Shown here: piece after piece, positions 37,086 to 46,999 of the stretch
Numbering within the stretch: the stretch's first letter is position 1
Layout of the letters: the number at the start of each line of letters is the position of its first letter
IMG/VR virus record: IMGVR_UViG_3300021962_000023
Location: 96,001-160,000 of that record
DNA: 64,000 nucleotides
Direction: 5' to 3' (one strand)
DNA from: a virus
The notes under the pieces: generated by a model
Seen by the model: only the letters and a program-made list of their open reading frames with translations
Told to the model about the DNA's origin: nothing
The model's database searches: none
Made by a program: the position numbers and the translations under genes

Positions 37086-37624
37086 TAACTATAATAAAGT
37101 TCAGGATATTCAACTAATAAATGTATACCACCATCATTAATTGCCGATTTGTATGCCAGTTCAATATCAGATGGGGTTTTTAAATCGTGAAATTGTATAT
37201 TTTTACAAATAGATTTAAATTCTTCAAAATAATTTCCTTTGTGCTGATGACCAGGGTCTAATGGAGTATCTGCTCCTTTACCCAAACGAATTATAATATT
37301 TACTTTTTTACCAGTCATTAATTCGTATTTATCTAAATGATTAACCAATTGGTTGGTTGCCGATATAATAAAATCCCAACGAGGATAAAATGTAATAACT
37401 CTTTTACCCGTTATAGCCAATCCTAAACTCATTCCCATTTGCGTTTCTTCCATAACAGGAACTTCAATCATCTTTTCTTTAGGAACTCCTCCCAATGTTG
37501 TACTCATAGGATTTCCGGCGTAAATGATTTGTTGACCAATGAATATTGTATCATCTAATTTTGCTAAATCCGACATTGCATTTGTTAATGCATCTTTGTA
37601 AGGAGAATATTGAGGTGAACTCAT
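37085..37624 (-). CDS. ThDP-dependent dehydrogenase E1 beta/transketolase pyrimidine-binding subunit (truncated, 179 aa)
   Basis: IEVPVMEETQMGMSLGLAITG...ITFYPRWDFIISATNQLVN. Confidence 0.85.
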   Translation of the reverse strand: MSSPQYSPYKDALTNAMSDLAKLDDTIFIGQQIIYAGNPMSTTLGGVPKEKMIEVPVMEETQMGMSLGLAITGKRVITFYPRWDFIISATNQLVNHLDKYELMTGKKVNIIIRLGKGADTPLDPGHQHKGNYFEEFKSICKNIQFHDLKTPSDIELAYKSAINDGGIHLLVEYPELYYS

Positions 37625-38280
37625 AGTAACTTATTTTTTTCTATATAATTAATTATTTCATTTGCTAAAACATCATGTCCTTCTTGATTCATATGAAAAT
37701 CGGTACAATTAAATTTTGCAGCTAATGTATATTTGTTTGAATTACTACCGATTTTTTTATAACTACCAGGGTCAGTCATTGTATCAAAATTAAAATTATT
37801 TAAAATATAAATAGTTCTATCTCTTACGATTTCTGAAGATAATTTACTATCAATATTGTTATCTGATAAAAGTTTTAACTCCGATTCAGTAACATCCGGC
37901 CACATCCAATGGATAAATCTAACAGGTATATTTTTATTTTCTAAGTTGATTACCATATTTTCAATAGCATCCACTTGCTCATTTATACTCATAATATGCC
38001 TACCAAATTGAGTAGTTTGAAATATTAACAATTTAATATTATGTTCATTCCAACTCGTAGCATCAATTTCATCCATAGTATATTTTATAGAACCGATATT
38101 ATTTCCACCATTCCATTGTTTTGAAATACAATTTTTATTAAAATGGTTTGATACTTTGGTTATCCACCTATTTTCAATTAAATATTTCTGATTAATTGAA
38201 TTTTGATGTGTATCTTTTGTTTCTCGCCACAATCCTTCTCCATATGTAAATGAGCAACCAGAAAATAATATACTATCCAT
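37621..38280 (-). CDS. SGNH/GDSL-like hydrolase
   Basis: FSGCSFTYGEG block I; DFHMNQEGH block V. Confidence 0.6.
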   Translation of the reverse strand: MDSILFSGCSFTYGEGLWRETKDTHQNSINQKYLIENRWITKVSNHFNKNCISKQWNGGNNIGSIKYTMDEIDATSWNEHNIKLLIFQTTQFGRHIMSINEQVDAIENMVINLENKNIPVRFIHWMWPDVTESELKLLSDNNIDSKLSSEIVRDRTIYILNNFNFDTMTDPGSYKKIGSNSNKYTLAAKFNCTDFHMNQEGHDVLANEIINYIEKNKLL

Positions 38281-39887
38281 TATGGCTTCGAATTAGGATT
38301 ATATAAGTGTTTATGTTCTTTATACCATTCCAATGTTTCTTTAAGAGCTTGTTTTAAATCTCTCTTTGGTTTCCATCCTAAATCATTAATTTTTTTAGAT
38401 GATAATAATCTAACTGGAATCATAGGTGCTTTGTTATTTACATAATCGATTGGTTTATCATTGTTATCCAATTCTTTAATCCAACCTAAAACTTCATTTA
38501 CACTAAATCCTTCACCATAACAAAGATTATAAATAGAATATCTATCCACCATTTCTGCTAAAAATATCATACCATCTGCCATATCTTCAACATGTAGTAA
38601 ATCTCGGATTTCAGTTCCATCACCCCATACTGGTATTGGGTCTAATCCATCTGCTACTTTACGAATGTTTGCAGGAGTAACATGACACTTTTCGAAATCA
38701 AACTTATCATTCGGTCCGAATGCATTCGAAGGTCTGATAATTATACATTGCATTGGATTTTCAATCTGATTAGAAAAGAAATCACATAACATTTCACCAT
38801 ATCGTTTCATACCACCAACTGCTTTATAAATTGGTAATAATGGGGTAGCATGTACATTAATATCTTCGGTACAAAATTCATTTTTCATATCAGGATATGT
38901 TGTGTTTGAAGAAATAAACATAAATTTCTTAACACTATTTACCCAACTTTGCTCCATCATATTAACATTCATTATAACATTTGGAGTTACATGCAACAAT
39001 GGATTAAATTTCGTATCCAATGCATTTGAAGTATTTGCTGCTAAATGGAATACAACATCAACATCTTTTGTAATTTGTTTACAAAATTCAGCATCTCGTA
39101 AATCACCCTTAATATGCTCAATAGATTGTTTATTTTCTATTGTATCAGGCAAATCTCTACTGAATGATGTAGTTCGTAGATTCCAATATCCTTTTTCTTT
39201 TAAACTCTTAACTAATTGTGAACCAATAAATCCACTTGCTCCTGTAACTAAAATTTTGTAACTTTTTCCCATATGATTTCGTTTATGAATGAATGCGCAA
39301 ATTGCTAATCTTTTTCCGTTTGTAACTGGTGTGACTTCATGCGACACCTCATTATTTATATAATCAATACATATTGCTTGTCCAAATTCAGGCGCAACAT
39401 CTATTATTTCATTTGTATTTGGGTCTATAACTCTTAGTAGACCACCATTATCAACATCATAATTTTCATTTAAGTAAAATAAAAATCCAGCCATTCTGTC
39501 GGAATCTCTACCATCAATATGTTCTTCTATAAAACATCCTTCTGTATACATTGTAACATTCCATAGAATTTCTAATGGATAATTTATATTCGGATATAAA
39601 GTTTTAAAATGCCTTTCTAACATTTTTTCAACTTCAACTCTATTTTCAGGCTTATTTAATGTATACCAAATTTGACTTAATTTAGTATTTTCATTTAAGA
39701 TTCTTTCTTTTTCTTTTTCTGAATTTTCAAATGTTTTATCAAACCCAGTTGGGAATGAATAACTTTGATTACCCACACCTTCAGCGGATGCTCGTATATT
39801 CTCTATATTAGTAGATAATTCTAAGACCTTTTTTAAAATAGATTGGTCATTAGAATCTAAAGTATATAATTTAAATGGTTGATTCAT
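38280..39887 (-). CDS. Fusion of 2OG-Fe(II) oxygenase and GDP-fucose-synthase-like NDP-sugar epimerase/reductase
   Basis: N-half HID...H...KRLA; C-half VTGASGFIG, YKAVGGMK, RPSNAFGP, VWGDGTEIRDLLHVEDMA. Confidence 0.8.
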   Translation of the reverse strand: MNQPFKLYTLDSNDQSILKKVLELSTNIENIRASAEGVGNQSYSFPTGFDKTFENSEKEKERILNENTKLSQIWYTLNKPENRVEVEKMLERHFKTLYPNINYPLEILWNVTMYTEGCFIEEHIDGRDSDRMAGFLFYLNENYDVDNGGLLRVIDPNTNEIIDVAPEFGQAICIDYINNEVSHEVTPVTNGKRLAICAFIHKRNHMGKSYKILVTGASGFIGSQLVKSLKEKGYWNLRTTSFSRDLPDTIENKQSIEHIKGDLRDAEFCKQITKDVDVVFHLAANTSNALDTKFNPLLHVTPNVIMNVNMMEQSWVNSVKKFMFISSNTTYPDMKNEFCTEDINVHATPLLPIYKAVGGMKRYGEMLCDFFSNQIENPMQCIIIRPSNAFGPNDKFDFEKCHVTPANIRKVADGLDPIPVWGDGTEIRDLLHVEDMADGMIFLAEMVDRYSIYNLCYGEGFSVNEVLGWIKELDNNDKPIDYVNNKAPMIPVRLLSSKKINDLGWKPKRDLKQALKETLEWYKEHKHLYNPNSKP

Positions 39888-39906
39888 ATTATTTGGTATT
39901 AATCTA

Positions 39907-39938
39907 TAAAGATACTAATTTTTTTTGATATTAACAAA
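39907..39938 (-). promoter_or_regulatory. Bacteroidota-type promoter (TTTG-N20-TATCTTTA)
   Basis: Same 20-nt spacing as the portal promoter; upstream of ATG 39887. Confidence 0.6.
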
Positions 39939-40563
39939 AATTTAGATAACATTTTCTTTGATATCCACTAACTTTTTTAACACCATGCTTTACATCATTT
40001 TTTGTAAAATCCATTATAGCAACATTACCAATTATTGGCTTAACTTCAACATTACCATTTAGTATTAATTCTCCGCCAGTTTGTAATTCATCTTCTTTAT
40101 TTAGATAAATTAATATAACGCATTTATATTTTGAATTTGGATTAAATCCATCACAATGCTCTATTAAAAAGCAATCATCATTATACATCGTTATATAAGA
40201 ACTATGATGAAATTCATCAATACCTTCATTATAAAAAAAATTCTTTATTTTATTTAATAATGGTTTTTTAAACTTATCTTTATTTACATCATTGTAATAC
40301 CAGATTTCGTATAAATTATTTTTTTTAGTAGAATTTTTTATTTCTTCTAAATTTTCAAATGAATCTTTTATAAATGTAGCTTCTTCCGAATGTATATTTT
40401 TATATCGTAAAGTTTTAAATTCAACATTACTCATAGAATACAATTCATTCAATGAATTATGAATTTCAACATCATCTATATCATATAAATTAAATGTTGT
40501 ATATCCTTTTTCGAATAATTCTATTTTATTTAATTCAGTCATTAGCAAAAGCTTATAAAACAA
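39931..40563 (-). CDS. 2OG-Fe(II) oxygenase (prolyl-4-hydroxylase-like)
   Basis: EHCDG...IYLN...GGEL...KHGV...RKC. Confidence 0.8.
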   Translation of the reverse strand: MFYKLLLMTELNKIELFEKGYTTFNLYDIDDVEIHNSLNELYSMSNVEFKTLRYKNIHSEEATFIKDSFENLEEIKNSTKKNNLYEIWYYNDVNKDKFKKPLLNKIKNFFYNEGIDEFHHSSYITMYNDDCFLIEHCDGFNPNSKYKCVILIYLNKEDELQTGGELILNGNVEVKPIIGNVAIMDFTKNDVKHGVKKVSGYQRKCYLNFC

Positions 40564-41204
40564 TATCTGTTATATCCAATTACTTTTTCAACTCTATGCC
40601 ATACATCATGTTTTGTAAAATCCAATATAGCAACATTACCATATATTGGCTCTACTATCAATTCAGTTTCATTGTGGGATGATAATACCAATTCGCCACC
40701 TTTTCCTTTTTCATAATCGGTTGATAGATAAAATAATATAGCACATCTTCTAAACCCACTATATTCACCATTGCCATCACGATGATTTTTAAGATAACAG
40801 CCATCATTATACAATGTAACTTGTGAATTAGCTGCTTCCAATTCACTATCATAAAATTTATTAAATATGGGTCTTACTATTCTATCTAATGGATTATTTT
40901 CCGTATTTACATTGAATAGCCAATCGTAAAACCAAACTTGATTACAATCCGATTCATAATTATTTATGATATCTTTTTTTATAATATCAAGCTCTTCAAA
41001 TGATTTCTTCATTAAAGATTGATTATTATATTGGTATCCAATATCTACCGGTATGGCGTGTTTTAAATTTTTAAACATTTCCGGTTTTAAATTACCAATT
41101 GGAAATATACTTTCAAAATTATTGTAAATATTTTCATCTAAATTTTTTAAATGAAAAGATATATACCCATTATTTAATAATTCTTCTTTTAATAAAGATT
41201 CCAT
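40542..41204 (-). CDS. 2OG-Fe(II) oxygenase (prolyl-4-hydroxylase-like)
   Basis: NHRDG...FYLS...GGEL...WHRV...RYC. Confidence 0.8.
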   Translation of the reverse strand: MESLLKEELLNNGYISFHLKNLDENIYNNFESIFPIGNLKPEMFKNLKHAIPVDIGYQYNNQSLMKKSFEELDIIKKDIINNYESDCNQVWFYDWLFNVNTENNPLDRIVRPIFNKFYDSELEAANSQVTLYNDGCYLKNHRDGNGEYSGFRRCAILFYLSTDYEKGKGGELVLSSHNETELIVEPIYGNVAILDFTKHDVWHRVEKVIGYNRYCFISFC

Positions 41205-42274
41205 TTAGATACAATTTCTTTTACAAATTTTCTATATAAGCTAGCCGATACATGTCCTAACGGGCAATTACCATCTTTATAAATATCAATTAAACTCTCT
41301 TCTGTATGTATTACACCTCTTCTATATTGTTCCATAAATAAAACATTAGCACTTATACCATCATTATAATTGATATCAAAATTTCTAATAGCCCATTCGG
41401 TAACTCCGCCAAATTTATGTAAATTTTCTTCTTCATAGAACCAAAACGAATCCCAATCAATCATATTGTAATAATGATTCAAATATGGATTTTCAAAATA
41501 TTCCATTTTAGAATTCCAAGTATTTGGTATATATTTATTTTTAATTAGTTCATACATTTCATTATTCTTAGAACCATTTGGTTTAAAAATAGGAAATCCT
41601 CCTCCATTTACACAATTCAATACATATTCATCTGAAAAGTTATTAGCAATATTAAACATTTTGTATTTAATACCATTTGATTTAAAATACATTTGTAGCA
41701 TTACAATTGTTTCTAAAAATACTAATAGACGTTCTTCATACGAATGTAAATGTCCTAAATTAAGATAAGCAAATTCTTTCATAGGATTTTTTATGTGGTC
41801 CATACCAAATCCACCCGAAAGAAAATAATATCCTTTTTCACCTATTTGATTTTTTTCTTCCACAAAATCATTAATATGTGCATAATCATCATCCCATCTC
41901 TTACGATGTTGTGGTAATTTTAATTTTGGATTTTCTTCTTGTTTAGATGGTGATACAAAATATGCATTTCTATAAAAAGATGACCATTGAACTATTACTG
42001 ATATATCCGAAGGCGATATTCCTTCTTTTTTCATTTTTTCTATTTTGTATATCAGATTTCTAGCTATAACTTGATTATCATTTGTGACATTTCCTAAATT
42101 GATTACTTTTAATTCAGAATTTAACAATTGAATCCAGTGTGGATAATAATTAAATTCAGATGAATCACCGTGACCGGACATATCATCTTCTTTTATAAAA
42201 TTACTATCTGTAACATCTATATTGATTCTACCTGCTCTTGTAAAAGAACATCCGTTTGTAATTACATATTTCAT
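41189..42274 (-). CDS. SGNH-like protein
   Basis: TNGCSFT block I; C-terminal GHVS. Confidence 0.5.
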   Translation of the reverse strand: MKYVITNGCSFTRAGRINIDVTDSNFIKEDDMSGHGDSSEFNYYPHWIQLLNSELKVINLGNVTNDNQVIARNLIYKIEKMKKEGISPSDISVIVQWSSFYRNAYFVSPSKQEENPKLKLPQHRKRWDDDYAHINDFVEEKNQIGEKGYYFLSGGFGMDHIKNPMKEFAYLNLGHLHSYEERLLVFLETIVMLQMYFKSNGIKYKMFNIANNFSDEYVLNCVNGGGFPIFKPNGSKNNEMYELIKNKYIPNTWNSKMEYFENPYLNHYYNMIDWDSFWFYEEENLHKFGGVTEWAIRNFDINYNDGISANVLFMEQYRRGVIHTEESLIDIYKDGNCPLGHVSASLYRKFVKEIVSKWNLY

Positions 42275-43287
42275 AAAAAATTAGGTTTTAAAACTTCAAA
42301 ATAAAATTTTCTCCACATCAATGCAGATGGGTGGCCATATGAACGATGTTTGAAATAATCTGCCTTTTCTTGTTCACTCAATCCTTCCATTTCAAAATAT
42401 ACCAATTCACTCAATCCAAATCCAGAATCATCTTTTACACCACTCCCCCATTCTCCAATAGACCATTCTATTGCACCACCAAACTTATGATAATTTTCTA
42501 TTTCATAAAACCAAAAATCGTTTAAATCGATTAATTCAAATAAATAATTAATGTAAGGTATATCGATTAATATCGATGCATTCCAGTTATCCCCAACAAG
42601 TCTTTTTTCCAAAATATCAGGTCTGATATCCATATGCGGCTCTTGCTGTGTTTTAAGTTTTTTATTTATATCTTCGTATTTTGTAAATATGTTCGATGAA
42701 AAATTATTTCCCATCGTAAAAAATTTATATTTTATTCCATTTGATTTACAAAAGCTTGAAATAAAAATTATATTTTTTAAAAAACTTATTATTCTTTCTT
42801 CATTTGAATATTCCATACCCAAATAATTGAATACAATATCATTAAGTTCATCTAAATTATTTGTTCGATTGTATCCACCTGTTAAATATTTAAATCCGTG
42901 TTCGTATTTGTATCGTTTTTCCGTTATAAAATCGTTAGTATGTGTAGTTACGCCCATCTTACTTCTATCCACCATTCCTTTTGGAATAAAAAATGAATTC
43001 CTACTTACAGCAGACCATTGTATTATAACTTCTATATCCGATTTATCTACACCTTCTTTTAATAATTTATTAATACCATATAATACGCTTTCTACAATAG
43101 TATCATTATCATTGGTAGGACATCCGTAATTATGAATTTGATATTTATCTCCTTCGTAATGTTGTATCCATTCTATCCAAGTCCATGTAGTTTTGTCTTT
43201 TTTTGCCAAATCATATTCGGTTGGCATATCTACATTTGGCTTTACCAAACTAGAAAAAGAACATCCTGCCGCTACTAAATGTTTCAT
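42271..43287 (-). CDS. SGNH-like protein
   Basis: AAGCSFS block I; C-terminal GHPS; paralogue of 41189..42274. Confidence 0.5.
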   Translation of the reverse strand: MKHLVAAGCSFSSLVKPNVDMPTEYDLAKKDKTTWTWIEWIQHYEGDKYQIHNYGCPTNDNDTIVESVLYGINKLLKEGVDKSDIEVIIQWSAVSRNSFFIPKGMVDRSKMGVTTHTNDFITEKRYKYEHGFKYLTGGYNRTNNLDELNDIVFNYLGMEYSNEERIISFLKNIIFISSFCKSNGIKYKFFTMGNNFSSNIFTKYEDINKKLKTQQEPHMDIRPDILEKRLVGDNWNASILIDIPYINYLFELIDLNDFWFYEIENYHKFGGAIEWSIGEWGSGVKDDSGFGLSELVYFEMEGLSEQEKADYFKHRSYGHPSALMWRKFYFEVLKPNFL

Positions 43288-44288
43288 TATAATCTGCTTT
43301 TATATTCTAAAATTGATTTTTTTAATCCTTCTTTTAAAGTAGTTTGTGGTAGGATTCCATATTGTTTTTGTTTTTTAGAACCTAAACATCTAATTGGGTC
43401 TCCGTTTGTTTTAGTTTCATCCCAAATAATATTTTTAGTTTTACCTGTGATTTCGGTATAACATTCAACAATAGTTTCAATTGTTTCTTTAATGGTTACT
43501 GCTTCCGCACACCCAAAGTTAATAATATCTTTAACTTCCTTCTTAACAACATCAATGGTGGCTTGAGCTACATCATCTCCAAATACAAAATCTCGTTTAG
43601 AAGAACCATTTCCCCAGCAAACCATATCATCTCCTTCTACATTAAATAACTTCCATATATTAGAACTAATTACAGTTGCATCTTGTGCGAAATTATCGTT
43701 TGTTCCATATATGTTTGAAGGTCTGATTACAGTCCAATTATCCCAACCATACTGAACTCTTAATGAATCCAATGTGAGTTCTCCCATTCTCTTTGTCCAA
43801 CCTGGATGCCAATCTAAACGAGATGGAGTCGATGCCCAAGTTTCTTCTTGTGACCAAATATCTTCTTCATTCATTACATCCGTTGGTTTATATACACCTA
43901 CCGATGAAAGATAAACGAACCAATCAACTTTTGCATCAAATGATGCTTTAATCATATTAGTATTGAACATCAACATTGGGAATAGATAATCAGCTGGATT
44001 TTGTGATGAACGGGCTGGTGAACCTTTTACTCCGGCAATATGAAGAACGATATCTATTTTAAAATCGTGAAATAAATTTTCGCAATGCGATAAATATGTT
44101 AAATCAGTTTTAACAAGTATTAGTTTTTCTCTACCATACTTCATTTGTAATGATTCTAATTTTTTTCCAATGTTTAAATCAACTGCTATCACCTTATCGG
44201 CTCCTTCTTCTAAACATTTTTCAATAGTTGGTAATCCTACCAAACCATTTGCACCCGTAACTAAAACTCTTTTTCCTTTAAATTCCAT
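43287..44288 (-). CDS. NAD-dependent NDP-sugar epimerase/reductase, GDP-L-fucose synthase-like
   Basis: VTGANGLVG, SSVGVY, RPSNIYG, WGNGSSKRDFVFGDDVA. Confidence 0.8.
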   Translation of the reverse strand: MEFKGKRVLVTGANGLVGLPTIEKCLEEGADKVIAVDLNIGKKLESLQMKYGREKLILVKTDLTYLSHCENLFHDFKIDIVLHIAGVKGSPARSSQNPADYLFPMLMFNTNMIKASFDAKVDWFVYLSSVGVYKPTDVMNEEDIWSQEETWASTPSRLDWHPGWTKRMGELTLDSLRVQYGWDNWTVIRPSNIYGTNDNFAQDATVISSNIWKLFNVEGDDMVCWGNGSSKRDFVFGDDVAQATIDVVKKEVKDIINFGCAEAVTIKETIETIVECYTEITGKTKNIIWDETKTNGDPIRCLGSKKQKQYGILPQTTLKEGLKKSILEYKSRL

Positions 44289-45600
44289 AGTTTTTTATTT
44301 TTTGTAAACAATTGTAGAAGTAATCGTAATTGGTAAATTTTAATAAATGTTGCCTGTTATGTATATACACTTCTTTATAAGATAAATATAATTTATTTAA
44401 TTCTGAAATATCCATTTGTGATAATCTTAATATTTCATCGCATACCATTTTAAATCTTTTTTGAGAATTTTCTTCTAAATCATAACTCTCATCAATCAAT
44501 CCATCGAATGTTCTAAATCCTAATCTTTTTAGTTCCTGCAAATGTCCGTTTGAAGAAAATATAATAAATGGTTGTAAATTTATTATTGGATGAAATGTTT
44601 TTTCGGATATGAATACTTTGTTATTTGAAAATGTTGTTTCGGTAACAATATTAATTACAGAATCTTCGTATGCAGGTTTATAATATATTTCAGATACTCT
44701 AAATGCATGTAGATTATTTTGATTCTTTAAATATCGAGTATCAACATGCATTGGTATTTTTGATTTAAAAGAAGTATGGAATTCGCCATATGAATTGAAA
44801 TCATTCATAGAAAGAGTTTCAAAACATTGATTAACATCATCCATCATATGTAAAAAACTAAAATAACCTTTATCCCATAAGTTGTGTTTTTCTAAAAACA
44901 AACCAAAGGCGTATCGATGTGGTCTACTAACCTGTCTATTTAATGATATAAAATGTTTAGATTTATATTTGTTAAATGCATCGTAATTAACTATTTCAGA
45001 ACTCCAATCAAAATCATTGTTCATATTTTTAGCAGTGTTATGTGTTAAAAATAATTTTAAAGAATTTGCTGTATTTTGTAAGAAAAAATGGTCTGATATA
45101 TAATTTATTTTTGATGTGTTTTTTATATTGTTTGCACTCGTCAATATGAAAACTAAATTAATATCTAAATTATGTTTTTCGAATTCTGATTCTAAACTTG
45201 AGTTTATTCTATCATCATATAGTGCTTCACCTGCCCAATTGAATATAACTTTTATATTTTTATTTTTTAATTTATCAAATACCTTCGAATCCATATTTTG
45301 AATAAATGTATCCAAATAAGGAGATGGTTCGTAACTCTCACATAGATAAATTAAATTATCATCATTTATATTTGTTGTGGATAATTTTTTAGTATGAGCA
45401 TATGCTCTATAAAATGTACTTAATGATTTGGTAGAATATCCATTTTGAATAAATGAATCCCAATCATATTTTTCGGAACACAAAGTATTGTAATGATTCA
45501 ATTCATCCTTTGATAGATTATTTGGTAATATTCTTCCAAATTTATCAACATTCTCAAAATAGAACTTAAACGAAATTTCTTCATTTTGCATCATAACCAA
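44278..45600 (-). CDS. Putative GT-B glycosyltransferase (GT10-like motif)
   Basis: IVTETTF...FISEKTFHPIINLQPFII...GFRTF. Confidence 0.5.
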   Translation of the reverse strand: MVMMQNEEISFKFYFENVDKFGRILPNNLSKDELNHYNTLCSEKYDWDSFIQNGYSTKSLSTFYRAYAHTKKLSTTNINDDNLIYLCESYEPSPYLDTFIQNMDSKVFDKLKNKNIKVIFNWAGEALYDDRINSSLESEFEKHNLDINLVFILTSANNIKNTSKINYISDHFFLQNTANSLKLFLTHNTAKNMNNDFDWSSEIVNYDAFNKYKSKHFISLNRQVSRPHRYAFGLFLEKHNLWDKGYFSFLHMMDDVNQCFETLSMNDFNSYGEFHTSFKSKIPMHVDTRYLKNQNNLHAFRVSEIYYKPAYEDSVINIVTETTFSNNKVFISEKTFHPIINLQPFIIFSSNGHLQELKRLGFRTFDGLIDESYDLEENSQKRFKMVCDEILRLSQMDISELNKLYLSYKEVYIHNRQHLLKFTNYDYFYNCLQKIKNYGI

Positions 45601-45615
45601 TTATCTTTATTATAA

Positions 45616-46572
45616 CTATCTTCTATCTACTTTTTTAATAATATTTCTAACAAATTTATTATCATGCTTAAAACTATCGAATAGAGTTTCATTTTGTATG
45701 TATCCCCTTTGACACATTTTATCAAACATAAAGTCGCCAAATTCTATTTGTGGCGAATATAAATGTGAAAGTGATATATTGGATTTTATATAGTGCTTTA
45801 TTCCATCTATTATTTTTTTCTTATCTTCAAAATCGGATTCGGTGATTTCCCAATCAGCATTAATAAATTCGCCATTTATCAAATCAATATGCGTTCCAAC
45901 TTTATCTACAAAAACGGATTCAAAAAATATTATATTATCTTTAAATTTTGTTTCATAAAATGGATATAATCCTTCTGCATCGTTTATAGGCAAATTACCT
46001 TTGTATGTAAAATACTTTCCTATGAACTTATAACCATAAACTTTTTCCAAATAATATTGCGTTGTTCCCTGAAATCCACTATCTACCATTACAATTTTTT
46101 TTGCAGAACCAATTACATCATCTATATATTTTTTATATTCAATTCTAAGTTCATTTGATTTGATAATAATCGTTTCAATCCACTTATTCAAATCAGGCAA
46201 TTCTTTCTTTGTATCAATCCATTGATTTTCCGTATTAGTTTTAATACCAAATCTATCAAATAATAAATCGTTTATATCACCCTCATATCTATGCAACTTA
46301 AATGAATCATATATTTCAATTTCATTTGTAAATGATATCATCGATGCCAATTTACGAGATGTTTTAAAATATACACTCTTTGGTAAATCGTATTCATTTT
46401 TATAGATTTCCCAAATTTGTTTTAAGAAATATCCTTCTCTAGAATTAAATAAAACCAAATCGGCACCATTTAAATTATCAATTAACCATTTAAAGTAATT
46501 GAATACTAGAGGACCAATATAGGTTGAACCTAATTCTTCTAATGTTTGCGGATTTCTATTAATCAATAACAT
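45616..46572 (-). CDS. Capsule-locus-type phosphoribosyltransferase-like protein (true start likely 46572)
   Basis: IGPLVFNYFKWL...FNSREGYFL...YFKTSRK...VDSGFQGTTQ resembles the C-terminal part of HAD-associated polysaccharide-locus proteins. Confidence 0.5.
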   Translation of the reverse strand: MLLINRNPQTLEELGSTYIGPLVFNYFKWLIDNLNGADLVLFNSREGYFLKQIWEIYKNEYDLPKSVYFKTSRKLASMISFTNEIEIYDSFKLHRYEGDINDLLFDRFGIKTNTENQWIDTKKELPDLNKWIETIIIKSNELRIEYKKYIDDVIGSAKKIVMVDSGFQGTTQYYLEKVYGYKFIGKYFTYKGNLPINDAEGLYPFYETKFKDNIIFFESVFVDKVGTHIDLINGEFINADWEITESDFEDKKKIIDGIKHYIKSNISLSHLYSPQIEFGDFMFDKMCQRGYIQNETLFDSFKHDNKFVRNIIKKVDRR

Positions 46573-46999
46573 AAACTTTAAAACAAGGTATTCCCATTTC
46601 AATCCACATATCAATTATTCGTTGGTCATCATCGTATGCACAAAATACATCTTCTTTGATATAAGTTTTATACATTTTCTTTTTGTAATTTGGTGCTTTT
46701 AAAAAATTGTCTTCCCAACTTCTCATAATTAATTGGTCATATTGGATTTCATATTTTTTTAACCATTCTTCTGTAACTTCTCTAACCGATTCCGGTCTAC
46801 CCGTAAGCAATATAATTTCAAATCCATCTTTTTTATATTTTTTTGCTAAATCAATCATAGGATAAAATGGGTCATCCATTAAAATATTGTTAGGAATGTG
46901 CGCAGCTTCCCAATCAATTTTTCCATTAGGTTTTGTTGCCAATGCAAATCTTATGTTACTATTACATAATGTATTATCTATATCAATTATTACTTTCAT
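46559..46999 (-). CDS. HAD-family phosphatase (PNKP-phosphatase-like)
   Basis: IIDIDNTL (DxD), LLTGRP, YDDD. Confidence 0.85.
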   Translation of the reverse strand: MKVIIDIDNTLCNSNIRFALATKPNGKIDWEAAHIPNNILMDDPFYPMIDLAKKYKKDGFEIILLTGRPESVREVTEEWLKKYEIQYDQLIMRSWEDNFLKAPNYKKKMYKTYIKEDVFCAYDDDQRIIDMWIEMGIPCFKVYVID

